Of a stretch of 64,000 nt of DNA, positions 48,646 through 57,581 are shown in pieces. The stretch's first letter is position 1. Each line of letters opens with the position of its first letter. Location: IMG/VR virus record IMGVR_UViG_3300023184_000024, positions 288,755 through 352,754 of that record; one strand, 5' to 3'. The position numbers and the translations under genes were made by a program. The notes below the pieces were generated by a model. The model was not told the DNA's origin, did not search any database, and saw only the letters and a program-made list of their open reading frames with translations.

Positions 48646-51088
48646 TGCTCAAGTAGATAGTACCACCGGTAATTTAATAAATTACGGTACATCTGCCACG
48701 GATACAACCAGTACTTGGAACAACGGCGTCTACGTTAACCAGCTATGCTTTGCTGCCGGCCAACCAGGAAACTGTGGACCAAACCCTAGTGTTCGTCAAG
48801 GTGGCTATATCAACTTCAGTTACGGCACAGCTGATCTTAATCAAATTGTCAACATAAACCGAGCCCTGGCTGCTGGCGGCACAGGAGTACAACTCAGTGG
48901 ATTTAACTTTGGATTTACAGCAAAGAATGGTAATGGCTGGGACGATGCTAGACAGGATTATCTAGCCGCTTATGTTAAACTATATGGCAGTGGCGGCAAT
49001 TTAGTTGCCAATTATGATTACTCAGCACAGACTAACAGAAAATACAATTGGACTAACTTTAGCTTTAACGAAACATTTGCCAACCCGGCGGCCGCTTCAC
49101 AGTATAGTAACGCACAAGTGGGCTTTGTAGGCAGAGACAATAACTTCTGGGCAGGAAATTATGGTCCTGAAATTTTTAATGTTAGTTTTAGTTTGAAATA
49201 TCGTGTTGATCCTTGTGCTCAGAATCCTGCCTACAGTCCTAGTTGTTCTGGATTTAACACAGTTACAACCAGTAACAATTTGTTTAATTCTAGTGTATGG
49301 GGAAGTTCCGTAAATCAAGCAATTGCCATTAATACCGCATTAAAGAACGGCGGCATTGGTGCCACAGTGCACGGCTTTAACTATGGATTTGATTATACAG
49401 TAGGTGAAAGTTGGTTCGGTTGTACAGCTACCAATCAAGATGGATCTTGTAGTTGGTATATGAATATTCCTGCTCAAGTAAGTGCCACAGCACGACTTAC
49501 CAACAGTAGCAATCAAACAATATATTCAAAAGGTCATACATTAACCGGTGACGGCACCAGCGGATCGGTGAGTGGGCAGTATTTGTTGACAACCAGTTTG
49601 AATCAAACATCCTTGGGCAATGTCAGCTTAACGGGTAGTACTTCGGGTACCGGATCATCCATTGGTAATTTTTCAGCAAGTTTGATTTATACTGCTGACC
49701 CTTGTGTGTCTAACCCATTGTACAATGCATCTTGTTCAGGATATGCCGTTGCTTTTGCTAAAAATATGTTATTGGGCTCGACAGTTGCCAGTGCGTCTGG
49801 TCCTATAGTGGCTTCGAGTGGTTCAATAAGTTTGTCAACAACATCAACAGGTTCGTTAGAACCAGCACCAACATCGGGACCAACAGAACAAAGCGGACCA
49901 ACACAACCCCAACAAACATCCGGACCTGCCCCAAATCCCACACAAGATTCGGGTCAAACTACAGCACAATCGGATCCTGCACAACCAAGTCCAACACAAG
50001 CAGGTCCTGCTCCCACAAGTCCGCAACCTGCCGGCGGGCCTCCGCAGACTGCAACAGCAAGTGCGCCAAATTCATCTGGACCTAGTGGAGGAGGCTCAGC
50101 AGGTCCAAGTAAATTAGCAATGAGTGTGGTTAAAACAGCACAGGCAAATGACAAAGCTACGCAAAATGCCGCAGTACAGAATGCCGCTAAAACTCTAGAA
50201 GGTTCAATACAAAGTTCGCAAGCCGCTAGTAATGCCGCAATTAGCATGAATCAAGATATGAGTGCTAACAGTGCTGTTGCAGCCGCAAACTTTGCTGGCC
50301 AAACAACACAGGCTAGTCAGCAAACTGCTATACAAGCAACTCAACAAACATCACAGTCTAATGTGCAACAGACGCAACAAAGTTCTAGGGTAACACAGCA
50401 AGTACAGCAACAACACGATGTACAAGTATCAATGATTCAATCAACTAACGGAGTTTCACAAATTCAACAGTTTATATATACTCCTCCGGTACAGCAACAA
50501 ACTGATACACTGTCTGCACAGATTAGTATGTTAAAACCACCCGCTCCACTGGTCATTGAAATGCAACAACAAACTAGTGGCGGCACTGGTTTAACTGTTA
50601 GTCGCAACTTGTTTGCTTACAATCCATTAATGTCATCAAATACTGCCAATATGTCAGCACTATTGCCTGCTCCTCAACCTGTGTATCAACCTAGATTAGA
50701 TACTAGACAAAGTGAAGTGGAAACGCCACAAATGCCGATTGCCAGTTTTGGCGGTGCAGGCCGTGCCGGTAATCCGTTGTCAGAAATACTGATGCAACAA
50801 AAATTTGAAATCATGCAGGATAATATAGCGCAACCGGGCAGTTTGGTGAATAGAAATGCGCTACCAAATGAGCTGGCAGGTGGCATTGATATTGCTAGTA
50901 TAGCCAGTGTGCCCCAGGGATTTAATGCTTATTCATTTGTGTTAAAAGATGCGTCGTTCTATGAGCCAAAAGAAGTTTATAAAAATCAACGCACAGTTGA
51001 CAATGAACGAGTGTTGCGAGGATTGACCAGAGGTAGTGACAGCTTACATCAACGCATGGTTGATCAACAGTATAAGATAGGAAATTAA
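48578..51088 (+). CDS. Large secreted protein: two tandem beta domains plus Pro/Gln-rich regions
   Basis: Signal peptide; duplicated Q.x.IN.AL..GG.G..GFN.GF and DPC..NP.Y..SCSG motifs. Confidence 0.7.
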   Translation: MTLTRKLASALCLAFSFITLSSNAQVDSTTGNLINYGTSATDTTSTWNNGVYVNQLCFAAGQPGNCGPNPSVRQGGYINFSYGTADLNQIVNINRALAAGGTGVQLSGFNFGFTAKNGNGWDDARQDYLAAYVKLYGSGGNLVANYDYSAQTNRKYNWTNFSFNETFANPAAASQYSNAQVGFVGRDNNFWAGNYGPEIFNVSFSLKYRVDPCAQNPAYSPSCSGFNTVTTSNNLFNSSVWGSSVNQAIAINTALKNGGIGATVHGFNYGFDYTVGESWFGCTATNQDGSCSWYMNIPAQVSATARLTNSSNQTIYSKGHTLTGDGTSGSVSGQYLLTTSLNQTSLGNVSLTGSTSGTGSSIGNFSASLIYTADPCVSNPLYNASCSGYAVAFAKNMLLGSTVASASGPIVASSGSISLSTTSTGSLEPAPTSGPTEQSGPTQPQQTSGPAPNPTQDSGQTTAQSDPAQPSPTQAGPAPTSPQPAGGPPQTATASAPNSSGPSGGGSAGPSKLAMSVVKTAQANDKATQNAAVQNAAKTLEGSIQSSQAASNAAISMNQDMSANSAVAAANFAGQTTQASQQTAIQATQQTSQSNVQQTQQSSRVTQQVQQQHDVQVSMIQSTNGVSQIQQFIYTPPVQQQTDTLSAQISMLKPPAPLVIEMQQQTSGGTGLTVSRNLFAYNPLMSSNTANMSALLPAPQPVYQPRLDTRQSEVETPQMPIASFGGAGRAGNPLSEILMQQKFEIMQDNIAQPGSLVNRNALPNELAGGIDIASIASVPQGFNAYSFVLKDASFYEPKEVYKNQRTVDNERVLRGLTRGSDSLHQRMVDQQYKIGN

Positions 51089-51089
51089 T

Positions 51090-51278
51090 ATGGATTATAT
51101 TGCTTATTTTATGCTGGGATTTGGATTTGGTATACCGTTTTACTATATCTTTTATTACAATAACTCCATGGATCGACTTGAACGTATGAAACATGATCTA
51201 TCAGTAAAGAAAGAATGGTGTAGAATGTTGGCCGAACAAAAAACAAACAATTCAAAATGGCCAGTGGGTTGGAATTAA
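51090..51278 (+). CDS. Small membrane protein
   Basis: AGGA SD, N-terminal hydrophobic segment. Confidence 0.5.
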   Translation: MDYIAYFMLGFGFGIPFYYIFYYNNSMDRLERMKHDLSVKKEWCRMLAEQKTNNSKWPVGWN

Positions 51279-51292
51279 ATTAGGAGAAAAAA

Positions 51293-51913
51293 ATGACAGA
51301 AGAAATCAAAGATGTAAATGCCAAAGTCGACGAACTTGAAGCAGCCGCAAAGAAGTATGCTAGTAAAGATACAGTTATCAGTATCGGTGGATATGAATTT
51401 ACCCCCGCTAAACTAATGGTGGCAGCCACAATTGTATCATCTATATTAGGTGGACTGTACGGCACATTCGAAGTGTACAAAGACTATGTCGGTATGAAGA
51501 AAAAGATTGCTGAATACTCTGCCCCAGACCTAAGTGGGTTTGACAAGCGTTTAGCAGTCATTGAAGAGAATAGTGCCAAGACCAGCGACTACACACGTGA
51601 TATTAAAACAGACTTAAAAAACGATTTACGTCGTAACGAAACAGTTACTGAGCAAATAGAACGCAGTGTTAAAAATACACAACGTGAAACTGAAGGTGAA
51701 ATGCGTGATATGCGCAAGGCGGTAAGAGAAGACTTGGAAAGAGCAAGAAACGAAGCCAACGCAATTCGCAAGGACATGGAATCAACACGCAAGGAAATCA
51801 ACAGCGAATTTACTGCGGCTCGTAGAGAAATAAACCGTGAAGTAGAAACACTAAAGAGAGAAGTTGACAGTAAAATACAAAAAGCCATTGACAATCCCCT
51901 GGCCAACAAGTGA
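51293..51913 (+). CDS. Single-TM coiled-coil protein
   Basis: AGGAG SD, TM at about aa 42-60, long heptad C-terminus ending DNPLANK. Confidence 0.7.
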   Translation: MTEEIKDVNAKVDELEAAAKKYASKDTVISIGGYEFTPAKLMVAATIVSSILGGLYGTFEVYKDYVGMKKKIAEYSAPDLSGFDKRLAVIEENSAKTSDYTRDIKTDLKNDLRRNETVTEQIERSVKNTQRETEGEMRDMRKAVREDLERARNEANAIRKDMESTRKEINSEFTAARREINREVETLKREVDSKIQKAIDNPLANK

Positions 51914-52594
51914 TTATTGTTTGAGAACAGACCGTACCAGGCTGTCTATGCTGTTGATCAACGGAACATTTTTATAATGTGTTTCTTTGACAGCCAACGG
52001 TATCTCTGTACAGCCTAGTACTACGGCATCGACGCCCCAGGGAATTAACTGATCAATTGTGTTTAATAGCAGATCGTGTGCTTCATCAATCTGGCCTGAC
52101 TTAACAAGATCTATCGCGGGTTGTACAACGTTGTCCATTTGATGTGTGTCGGGCGTGATACATTTCCATCCTGACTTGCCCAAGTAGTCCTGGTATAATC
52201 CCAAACTCATTGTGGCTTTTGTGCCTATTATTCCAACGGTGCCACTGTATATTTTTAATGCTGTTAATTCTTCTGCCACACTGCCCACAATGTGTGTGAT
52301 TGGCACGCCAAGTTGGCTCAACCTGTCAAACCAAAAATGTGCTGTATTGCATGGGATTACAATATGGTCACACCCTGCATTTTTTAAACCCAATACGCCA
52401 GCTTTGAGTTTGGCCCAGGGGAGATCATCTCTATTAATTAAACTGGTACTACGATCTGGCACAGTGGGGTCATTCCACAACACAAAAGGTATGTGTTCTT
52501 GATCGCAAGTGGCCGGAGTTTGTTGAATTAATCTTGTGACAAACTCTGCTGATGCTGCCGGCCCCATGCCACCTAGGATGCCTAGACGTTTCAT
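51914..52594 (-). CDS. Aspartate/glutamate racemase (RacX-like)
   Basis: LGILGGMGP, IPCNTAH, LGCTEIP (both catalytic Cys present). Confidence 0.93.
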   Translation of the reverse strand: MKRLGILGGMGPAASAEFVTRLIQQTPATCDQEHIPFVLWNDPTVPDRSTSLINRDDLPWAKLKAGVLGLKNAGCDHIVIPCNTAHFWFDRLSQLGVPITHIVGSVAEELTALKIYSGTVGIIGTKATMSLGLYQDYLGKSGWKCITPDTHQMDNVVQPAIDLVKSGQIDEAHDLLLNTIDQLIPWGVDAVVLGCTEIPLAVKETHYKNVPLINSIDSLVRSVLKQ

Positions 52595-53196
52595 TTTTTA
52601 TTGAATAACAAGCTGGAAGCAATGCCCATTGCGGTCTGCATCTCTTCTACGTTGTCTGGTTGCTCTTTCCAGCCCACACTAATTTGTCCGATGAATACGC
52701 CAGGTTCAGCGGGTACACTGATACGGCACATATAGTTTATACCATAGTCTTTGTACACAAAGCCAATGAGACTCTGCGGTTTAAGATATGGACTGCAGGG
52801 AATCTTACCTGACATTAAACCAATAACGTCATTGTTGTTATTGTAGTCTTTGGAAAACAATCCAACTTGCAGGCCGTCGTGATTCTTATCTCTTCCTGCA
52901 CCACGTGTGACCAAATAAACAACTTTACGAGTGTTGATTAATGTGTTTACTTCTAGAATGGCAATCATTTCTGCATTGGTATTCTTCAACAAAAAGTTTG
53001 CGGCTTCTTCGTACTTGCCATTCATCCTGGGCAAAGCTTGTTGAGCACGATAAGTTGCCAAAAAGGCATCTTTTTCAGTGTAAACAATCCAGCCGCCAAA
53101 CCCTAATATGCAAAGTAACACAACCGCAAACAAGCGGAATGGACTGGAACCAATCCATTCCAACAGCGTTAACAGTGTAGCTTTAAGTTGTTCCAC
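52591..53196 (-). CDS. T4 gpT-like holin (single TM plus periplasmic GAF-like domain)
   Basis: RLFAVVLL..KDAFLATY, INYM..FIGQISVGW and A..LL C-terminus parallel T4 T as I recall it. Confidence 0.6.
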   Translation of the reverse strand: MEQLKATLLTLLEWIGSSPFRLFAVVLLCILGFGGWIVYTEKDAFLATYRAQQALPRMNGKYEEAANFLLKNTNAEMIAILEVNTLINTRKVVYLVTRGAGRDKNHDGLQVGLFSKDYNNNNDVIGLMSGKIPCSPYLKPQSLIGFVYKDYGINYMCRISVPAEPGVFIGQISVGWKEQPDNVEEMQTAMGIASSLLFNKK

Positions 53197-54460
53197 CAGC
53201 GGCTACCTCTTTGTCACAGACAAATGCTGTGACTGCTACGTTGCCGTGTACATGACTTGCTGTGCGAATCATATCCATTAATGGATCAACTGCGATCAAC
53301 AATACTAACACCGCTTCGCTGGGCAGTTTCAACAAGTCACAAACAACTGCCACTGTGGCCACTGTAAGGATACCTGTTGTGCCTGCACTGGCTAAACCAG
53401 CAAGGATACTGCCTAATAGTACAACCAACAATCCTGTAACACCCAGTGGTGCGTCATAGATGTTGGCAATGAATACTGTGGCAATGGCGTAGTAAACAAT
53501 GCTGCCAATACGGTTAACAGTAAAACTCAGTGGAACTGTAAGTTCAACTCCGCCTTTGTCAAAGTGTAGTTTGTGTAACGCCTCTTGTGCATATGGAATG
53601 CAAGCTAAACTACTACGTGAACTAACAGCAACAATTAATGTTTCTTTGGTTTCTTTAATAACAGTAGCAAGACTTAATCCGCTACGTGCCCAAATTACAG
53701 CAGTACCTGCGGCAATAACCAAGAAGCCACCGATAGCTTGTTGCATTACAAAGTCAAACATGGTCATAAAAATACCAACACCTACTTTACCAACCTGTGA
53801 CGAAATCATTGCTAATAGTGCTATTGGTAGGAAGTAGTTTAGGAATTTAAAGATACTGATACTGGCTTGCTGGACACTCTTTAGTACTTCAACCAACATG
53901 CGCTGACCTTCAGTCTTTAAGTGACCAAGGGCTACACCAAAGATCAAACAGAAGATAACAATCTTCAAACTTTCACCATTGTTTAGTGTGTTGAAGATAT
54001 TTTCTGGAATAAACTTCTCTGCCATTTTACCTGCATTAACTGGTGCGGCTGTTGGCATTGGTTCTTTAAGAGTAATGTTTAAATCAGTGCCACTGTCTTT
54101 ATCGTTGACCAATACACCAAGTTGTGTTTTCTTCTCAGGGGTCATTTCAGTGCCAGTGATCAAAACTGTACCTACTCCAATTGTAGCGGCAATAAACATA
54201 CTGCTGACAAAGCCAATGATGATTCTACGAATTAACGCCTGACTGCCTTCTTTTTGTAGCAAGCCAATAATACCAACTAGAATAGTAGCAAGTAAGAATG
54301 GTAGTACAACTACCTTTAATAAACTAATATAGATACTGCCAATGCTGTCCAGTCCAATACTAAATGCTGGAGCATAAACTCCGCTTAGTATACCTACAAT
54401 AATTGATCCTAAGATGGTCCAAGGACTTGTCAGGAAACTTTTTAAATGTGATGTTGTCAT
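53183..54460 (-). CDS. Dicarboxylate/amino acid:cation symporter (DAACS family)
   Basis: IPENIF, SSRSS, LASAG, D.LMDMIRT; multi-TM. Confidence 0.9.
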   Translation of the reverse strand: MTTSHLKSFLTSPWTILGSIIVGILSGVYAPAFSIGLDSIGSIYISLLKVVVLPFLLATILVGIIGLLQKEGSQALIRRIIIGFVSSMFIAATIGVGTVLITGTEMTPEKKTQLGVLVNDKDSGTDLNITLKEPMPTAAPVNAGKMAEKFIPENIFNTLNNGESLKIVIFCLIFGVALGHLKTEGQRMLVEVLKSVQQASISIFKFLNYFLPIALLAMISSQVGKVGVGIFMTMFDFVMQQAIGGFLVIAAGTAVIWARSGLSLATVIKETKETLIVAVSSRSSLACIPYAQEALHKLHFDKGGVELTVPLSFTVNRIGSIVYYAIATVFIANIYDAPLGVTGLLVVLLGSILAGLASAGTTGILTVATVAVVCDLLKLPSEAVLVLLIAVDPLMDMIRTASHVHGNVAVTAFVCDKEVAAGGTT

Positions 54461-54469
54461 GATGTGTCC

Positions 54470-55288
54470 TTATTTCTTTTCTGCTTTGTAACGATCCATT
54501 AACTTTTTAGTGTCAATATTATTGTATTCATTTTTAATAACGTAATTAACAATGCTTAACAATTGAATTGCTCGGGGATTCACAGCAATAGCAATGTTAT
54601 CTACGCTGTCGCTGATTGTAATTGACTTAGTAGTAATTGCCGCGTCGGGCTTTTCAAAAGCAATTTTCTTGATTTCAAATTCATCACGGTAAGCGGCAGC
54701 AATGTCGCCACGTGTGACTTTGTCAATGATCACATCCCATTTTTCTTCAGGAAGGAATACTGCGTTGGGAAAGTTTACACGAGCAAATGTATCGTAACTT
54801 GAGTTCTTGATAAAACTTATCTTGCCATTAAAATCTCTAATGACTTGGTATACTTCACGTCCTTGGCTGTTCTGACTTAGCCACAAACGATTAATAACCA
54901 AACTCTGTCTTAGTTTAATGTAAGGATCGCTGAATCTAACAACTTGTAAACGTGGCCCAGTTACGGATAGTTTACTAACTGCAATATCTGCTTTACCGTC
55001 ACGAACCTGTTCTACAACTTCAGCAAAACTTTCAGCATCGCGTCTGAACTGCACTGGCACTCCGAGTAGGACACTAATTCGTCGAGCAATCTCAACGTCG
55101 AGACCTCGAATATTATCCTCGTCACCACTGAAGAATGGAGGATTGTCTTTTTTGGTCATTGCCACAACAAGCACATTGGCTTTTTTGATTGCGGCAATAT
55201 CTGCGGGCAGAGGTACGGTTGACGTTGGTAACTGTGCAGACGCAACAGAGGCCAACAACATTAGTACAGAGGCGAGTAATTTTTTCAT
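54470..55288 (-). CDS. Periplasmic amino-acid binding protein (SBP family 3)
   Basis: Signal peptide MKKLLA.., DNPPF, GLDVEIA, ADIAVS.LSVT..R..FSDPY. Confidence 0.88.
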   Translation of the reverse strand: MKKLLASVLMLLASVASAQLPTSTVPLPADIAAIKKANVLVVAMTKKDNPPFFSGDEDNIRGLDVEIARRISVLLGVPVQFRRDAESFAEVVEQVRDGKADIAVSKLSVTGPRLQVVRFSDPYIKLRQSLVINRLWLSQNSQGREVYQVIRDFNGKISFIKNSSYDTFARVNFPNAVFLPEEKWDVIIDKVTRGDIAAAYRDEFEIKKIAFEKPDAAITTKSITISDSVDNIAIAVNPRAIQLLSIVNYVIKNEYNNIDTKKLMDRYKAEKK

Positions 55289-55349
55289 TTGTATGTGTCC
55301 ATAATGTAGGTATTTAATACCCAATGTTATTTATGTTTTTAGATGTTAC

Positions 55350-55378
55350 AAAAAAAAGTCCCTTGCGGGACTCTTTTT
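55350..55378 (-). terminator. Rho-independent terminator (possibly bidirectional)
   Basis: On the - strand AGTCCC-GCAA-GGGACT followed by a T run. Confidence 0.8.
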
Positions 55379-55619
55379 ATTTTGCCGCTGTTTTGGGCGC
55401 TTTGGGTTTTACAGGTGCCTTGGGCTTTGGTTCTGCCTTGGGTGTTGCTTTAGGTGTTGCTTTAGGTGTTGCAGGCGCCTTTGGCTTAGCAGGTGCTGCC
55501 ACTGATGCTTCGGTGCCAGCAGGCACAATTTCAACATTAGGAGCAGATGCTTCTACTTTGTATGGTGCTTCTACAACCGTTGGGGTCGGCTTAAAAAAGT
55601 CTAAAATTTTCTTTAACAT
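55377..55619 (-). CDS. Small Pro/Lys/Ala-rich (histone H1-like tail) protein
   Basis: PKAT/PKAP repeats; SD (AGGAG), TAAATA and terminator all on the - strand. Confidence 0.75.
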   Translation of the reverse strand: MLKKILDFFKPTPTVVEAPYKVEASAPNVEIVPAGTEASVAAPAKPKAPATPKATPKATPKAEPKPKAPVKPKAPKTAAK

Positions 55620-55653
55620 TAATATCTCCTTAAAATGTCAGTGAAGTATTTAA

Positions 55654-56688
55654 CTAACTTGCAGTATCGAGCGTAGATTTAATATCTGCAATCATGCGGG
55701 CCACCCAAGCTGTTTTCATTGTTAGATCATAGTTGTGTTCAACAATGGGCTGACACAGTTGATAAATCTTGGCTTGTTCTTGTGTCTGCAAATATGCAAC
55801 TTGCTCTAACATCAATTTTACCCTGACCGATATATCGGGCTCCGAGTCGTAACTTTCATCAATGATGCCATGAAATGTTTGAAATCCAAGCTTTCTTAAA
55901 TTATGCAGATAGTATTGCCCACCGGCAACCACAAACAATCTACGACACATCATTGGTTTTATAATTTTTTCAGTAAAAAAACTAAAACTATTTTCACTTT
56001 GTGTTTCGGCAATTAAACTGTAGGCGCTGTGATTATAAACATCAATTGGCACCAATTGACTTAGACTAACAATGGTAGAATCTACCACAACTTCGGAACC
56101 TGTAAATGTAATTTCATTTTCAGGCAAATCAACAGGCCAAATGAATTGGCTCGACGAGTAATTTCTAAGATCAAGATCCACGTTGGTTGGATAATAAGTT
56201 ACTATGTTCTGACTGTGGTCCATTGAGTCATAAACCATTGATCTATGCACCTTGCGCCGGCCCAACAAAACATCAAAGAATTTGTCCTTGGGCAACACGT
56301 TGCTGACTTTGGGCAACCAATTTTGCTGTGTGTGATAAAAATCAGTGGTGCTCCAAAAGAAATAATAATGAAACTTGACCTGACTATGCCCGGGAGTCCA
56401 ATTTAAAATGCCGGCAATGTAAAAAACTACGTTTGGCCTATCAAATTTTTTGCACCAATGATCGTCGATGAATTCGGGCAAGAACACCAAGGCCTTGCTG
56501 GCATGCGACACTATTTTTTCCAGTTCAGATTCAGTGTCATTGCCAAAGTCTTGTGTTTCCCACAAAGCAACACACTCATTGCTGGGCAATGACAACCAAA
56601 CGTCAAGATCATTGACTATGTTGCCATCAACGCCGGTTTCTTCAAACCAGTATTGTAGATTTGGATTGCTGATATAAATGTGTTTCAC
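55654..56688 (-). CDS. GT10-like ('TEK' motif) putative glycosyltransferase
   Basis: IAET..FTEKIIKP..GFQTF..DESYD. Confidence 0.55.
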   Translation of the reverse strand: MKHIYISNPNLQYWFEETGVDGNIVNDLDVWLSLPSNECVALWETQDFGNDTESELEKIVSHASKALVFLPEFIDDHWCKKFDRPNVVFYIAGILNWTPGHSQVKFHYYFFWSTTDFYHTQQNWLPKVSNVLPKDKFFDVLLGRRKVHRSMVYDSMDHSQNIVTYYPTNVDLDLRNYSSSQFIWPVDLPENEITFTGSEVVVDSTIVSLSQLVPIDVYNHSAYSLIAETQSENSFSFFTEKIIKPMMCRRLFVVAGGQYYLHNLRKLGFQTFHGIIDESYDSEPDISVRVKLMLEQVAYLQTQEQAKIYQLCQPIVEHNYDLTMKTAWVARMIADIKSTLDTAS

Positions 56689-56751
56689 AGTGTATTTACT
56701 GCTGGTCGTTATAGTAAGTGTAAATCAACAACAACGGGTGCTAACTACATA

Positions 56752-57459
56752 ATGATTGAATTTATAACAATGTTGGTAATGACACACATTACCATTCTAT
56801 GTGTCACATTGTATCTGCATCGTAGCCAAGCTCACAAGTCAGTTACGTTCCATCCAATTGTTGCACACGCCATGAGATTTTGGCTATGGATGACTACCGG
56901 ACAAATTACCCGACAATGGGTAGCGGTACATCGCAAGCATCACAGATTCACAGAAGTACACGGTGATCCACACAGCCCGCATGTGTTTGGTTTTTGGCAT
57001 GTGCTGTGCAAAGGTGCTGTGCTGTATCATACTGCCAGTAAAGACTCGGCAATGGTGGCACAATATGGTGCTGGCACACCCGATGACTGGATTGAACGCA
57101 ATGTTTATTCCAAGCATAGTAGACTGGGCATTGCGTCAATGCTGTTGATCAATATAGCTGTGTTTGGTGCATGGGGACTACTAATATGGGGCATACAAAT
57201 GATATGGATCCCATTCTGGGCCGCCGGTGTCATCAATGGAGTGGGACATTGGCTGGGGTACCGCAATGGCGAAACCAAAGACCACAGTCAAAATATCAGT
57301 CCCTGGGGTATCGTTATTGGCGGAGAAGAACTACACAACAATCACCACATTAACCCTGCCAGCCCCAAATTGAGTAGCAAGTGGTGGGAGTTTGATATAG
57401 GATGGGCGTGGATACGTGTGCTAGAGATGGTCAAGTTGGCCAAGGTGCGCACAGTTTAG
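56752..57459 (+). CDS. Fatty acid (acyl-CoA/lipid) desaturase, DesA-like
   Basis: His boxes HRSQAH, HRKHH and HNNHH; DPHSP. Confidence 0.93.
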   Translation: MIEFITMLVMTHITILCVTLYLHRSQAHKSVTFHPIVAHAMRFWLWMTTGQITRQWVAVHRKHHRFTEVHGDPHSPHVFGFWHVLCKGAVLYHTASKDSAMVAQYGAGTPDDWIERNVYSKHSRLGIASMLLINIAVFGAWGLLIWGIQMIWIPFWAAGVINGVGHWLGYRNGETKDHSQNISPWGIVIGGEELHNNHHINPASPKLSSKWWEFDIGWAWIRVLEMVKLAKVRTV

Positions 57460-57490
57460 TGATCATTCACTAGAGAAAAATACCAAAAGA

Positions 57491-57521
57491 TGTTGCACTG
57501 CAACATAAATAATGTTACAAT
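57491..57521 (+). promoter_or_regulatory. sigma70 promoter overlapped by a palindromic operator (PhaR-box-like)
   Basis: TGTTGCA-C-TGCAACA palindrome at 57491-57505; TTGCAC-N17-TACAAT. Confidence 0.6.
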
Positions 57522-57526
57522 AGAAC

Positions 57527-57575
57527 ATAGGGTGCTGAATAGGTCGGGCCCTGTAGTAAACTCGCTTAATAGGAG
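57527..57575 (+). ncRNA. Structured 5' UTR, second copy of the hsp20-type leader
   Basis: ATAGGGT-G-CTGA..TCGG-GCCCTGT, then CTCGCT-taat-AGGAG. Confidence 0.6.
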
Positions 57576-57581
57576 AAAATT

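Noticed and set aside
55324-55644. Plus-strand 106-aa hydrophobic ORF (ALGV repeats)
   Set aside because: It is the antisense shadow of the PKA-rich gene; the SD, late box and terminator all support the minus strand.
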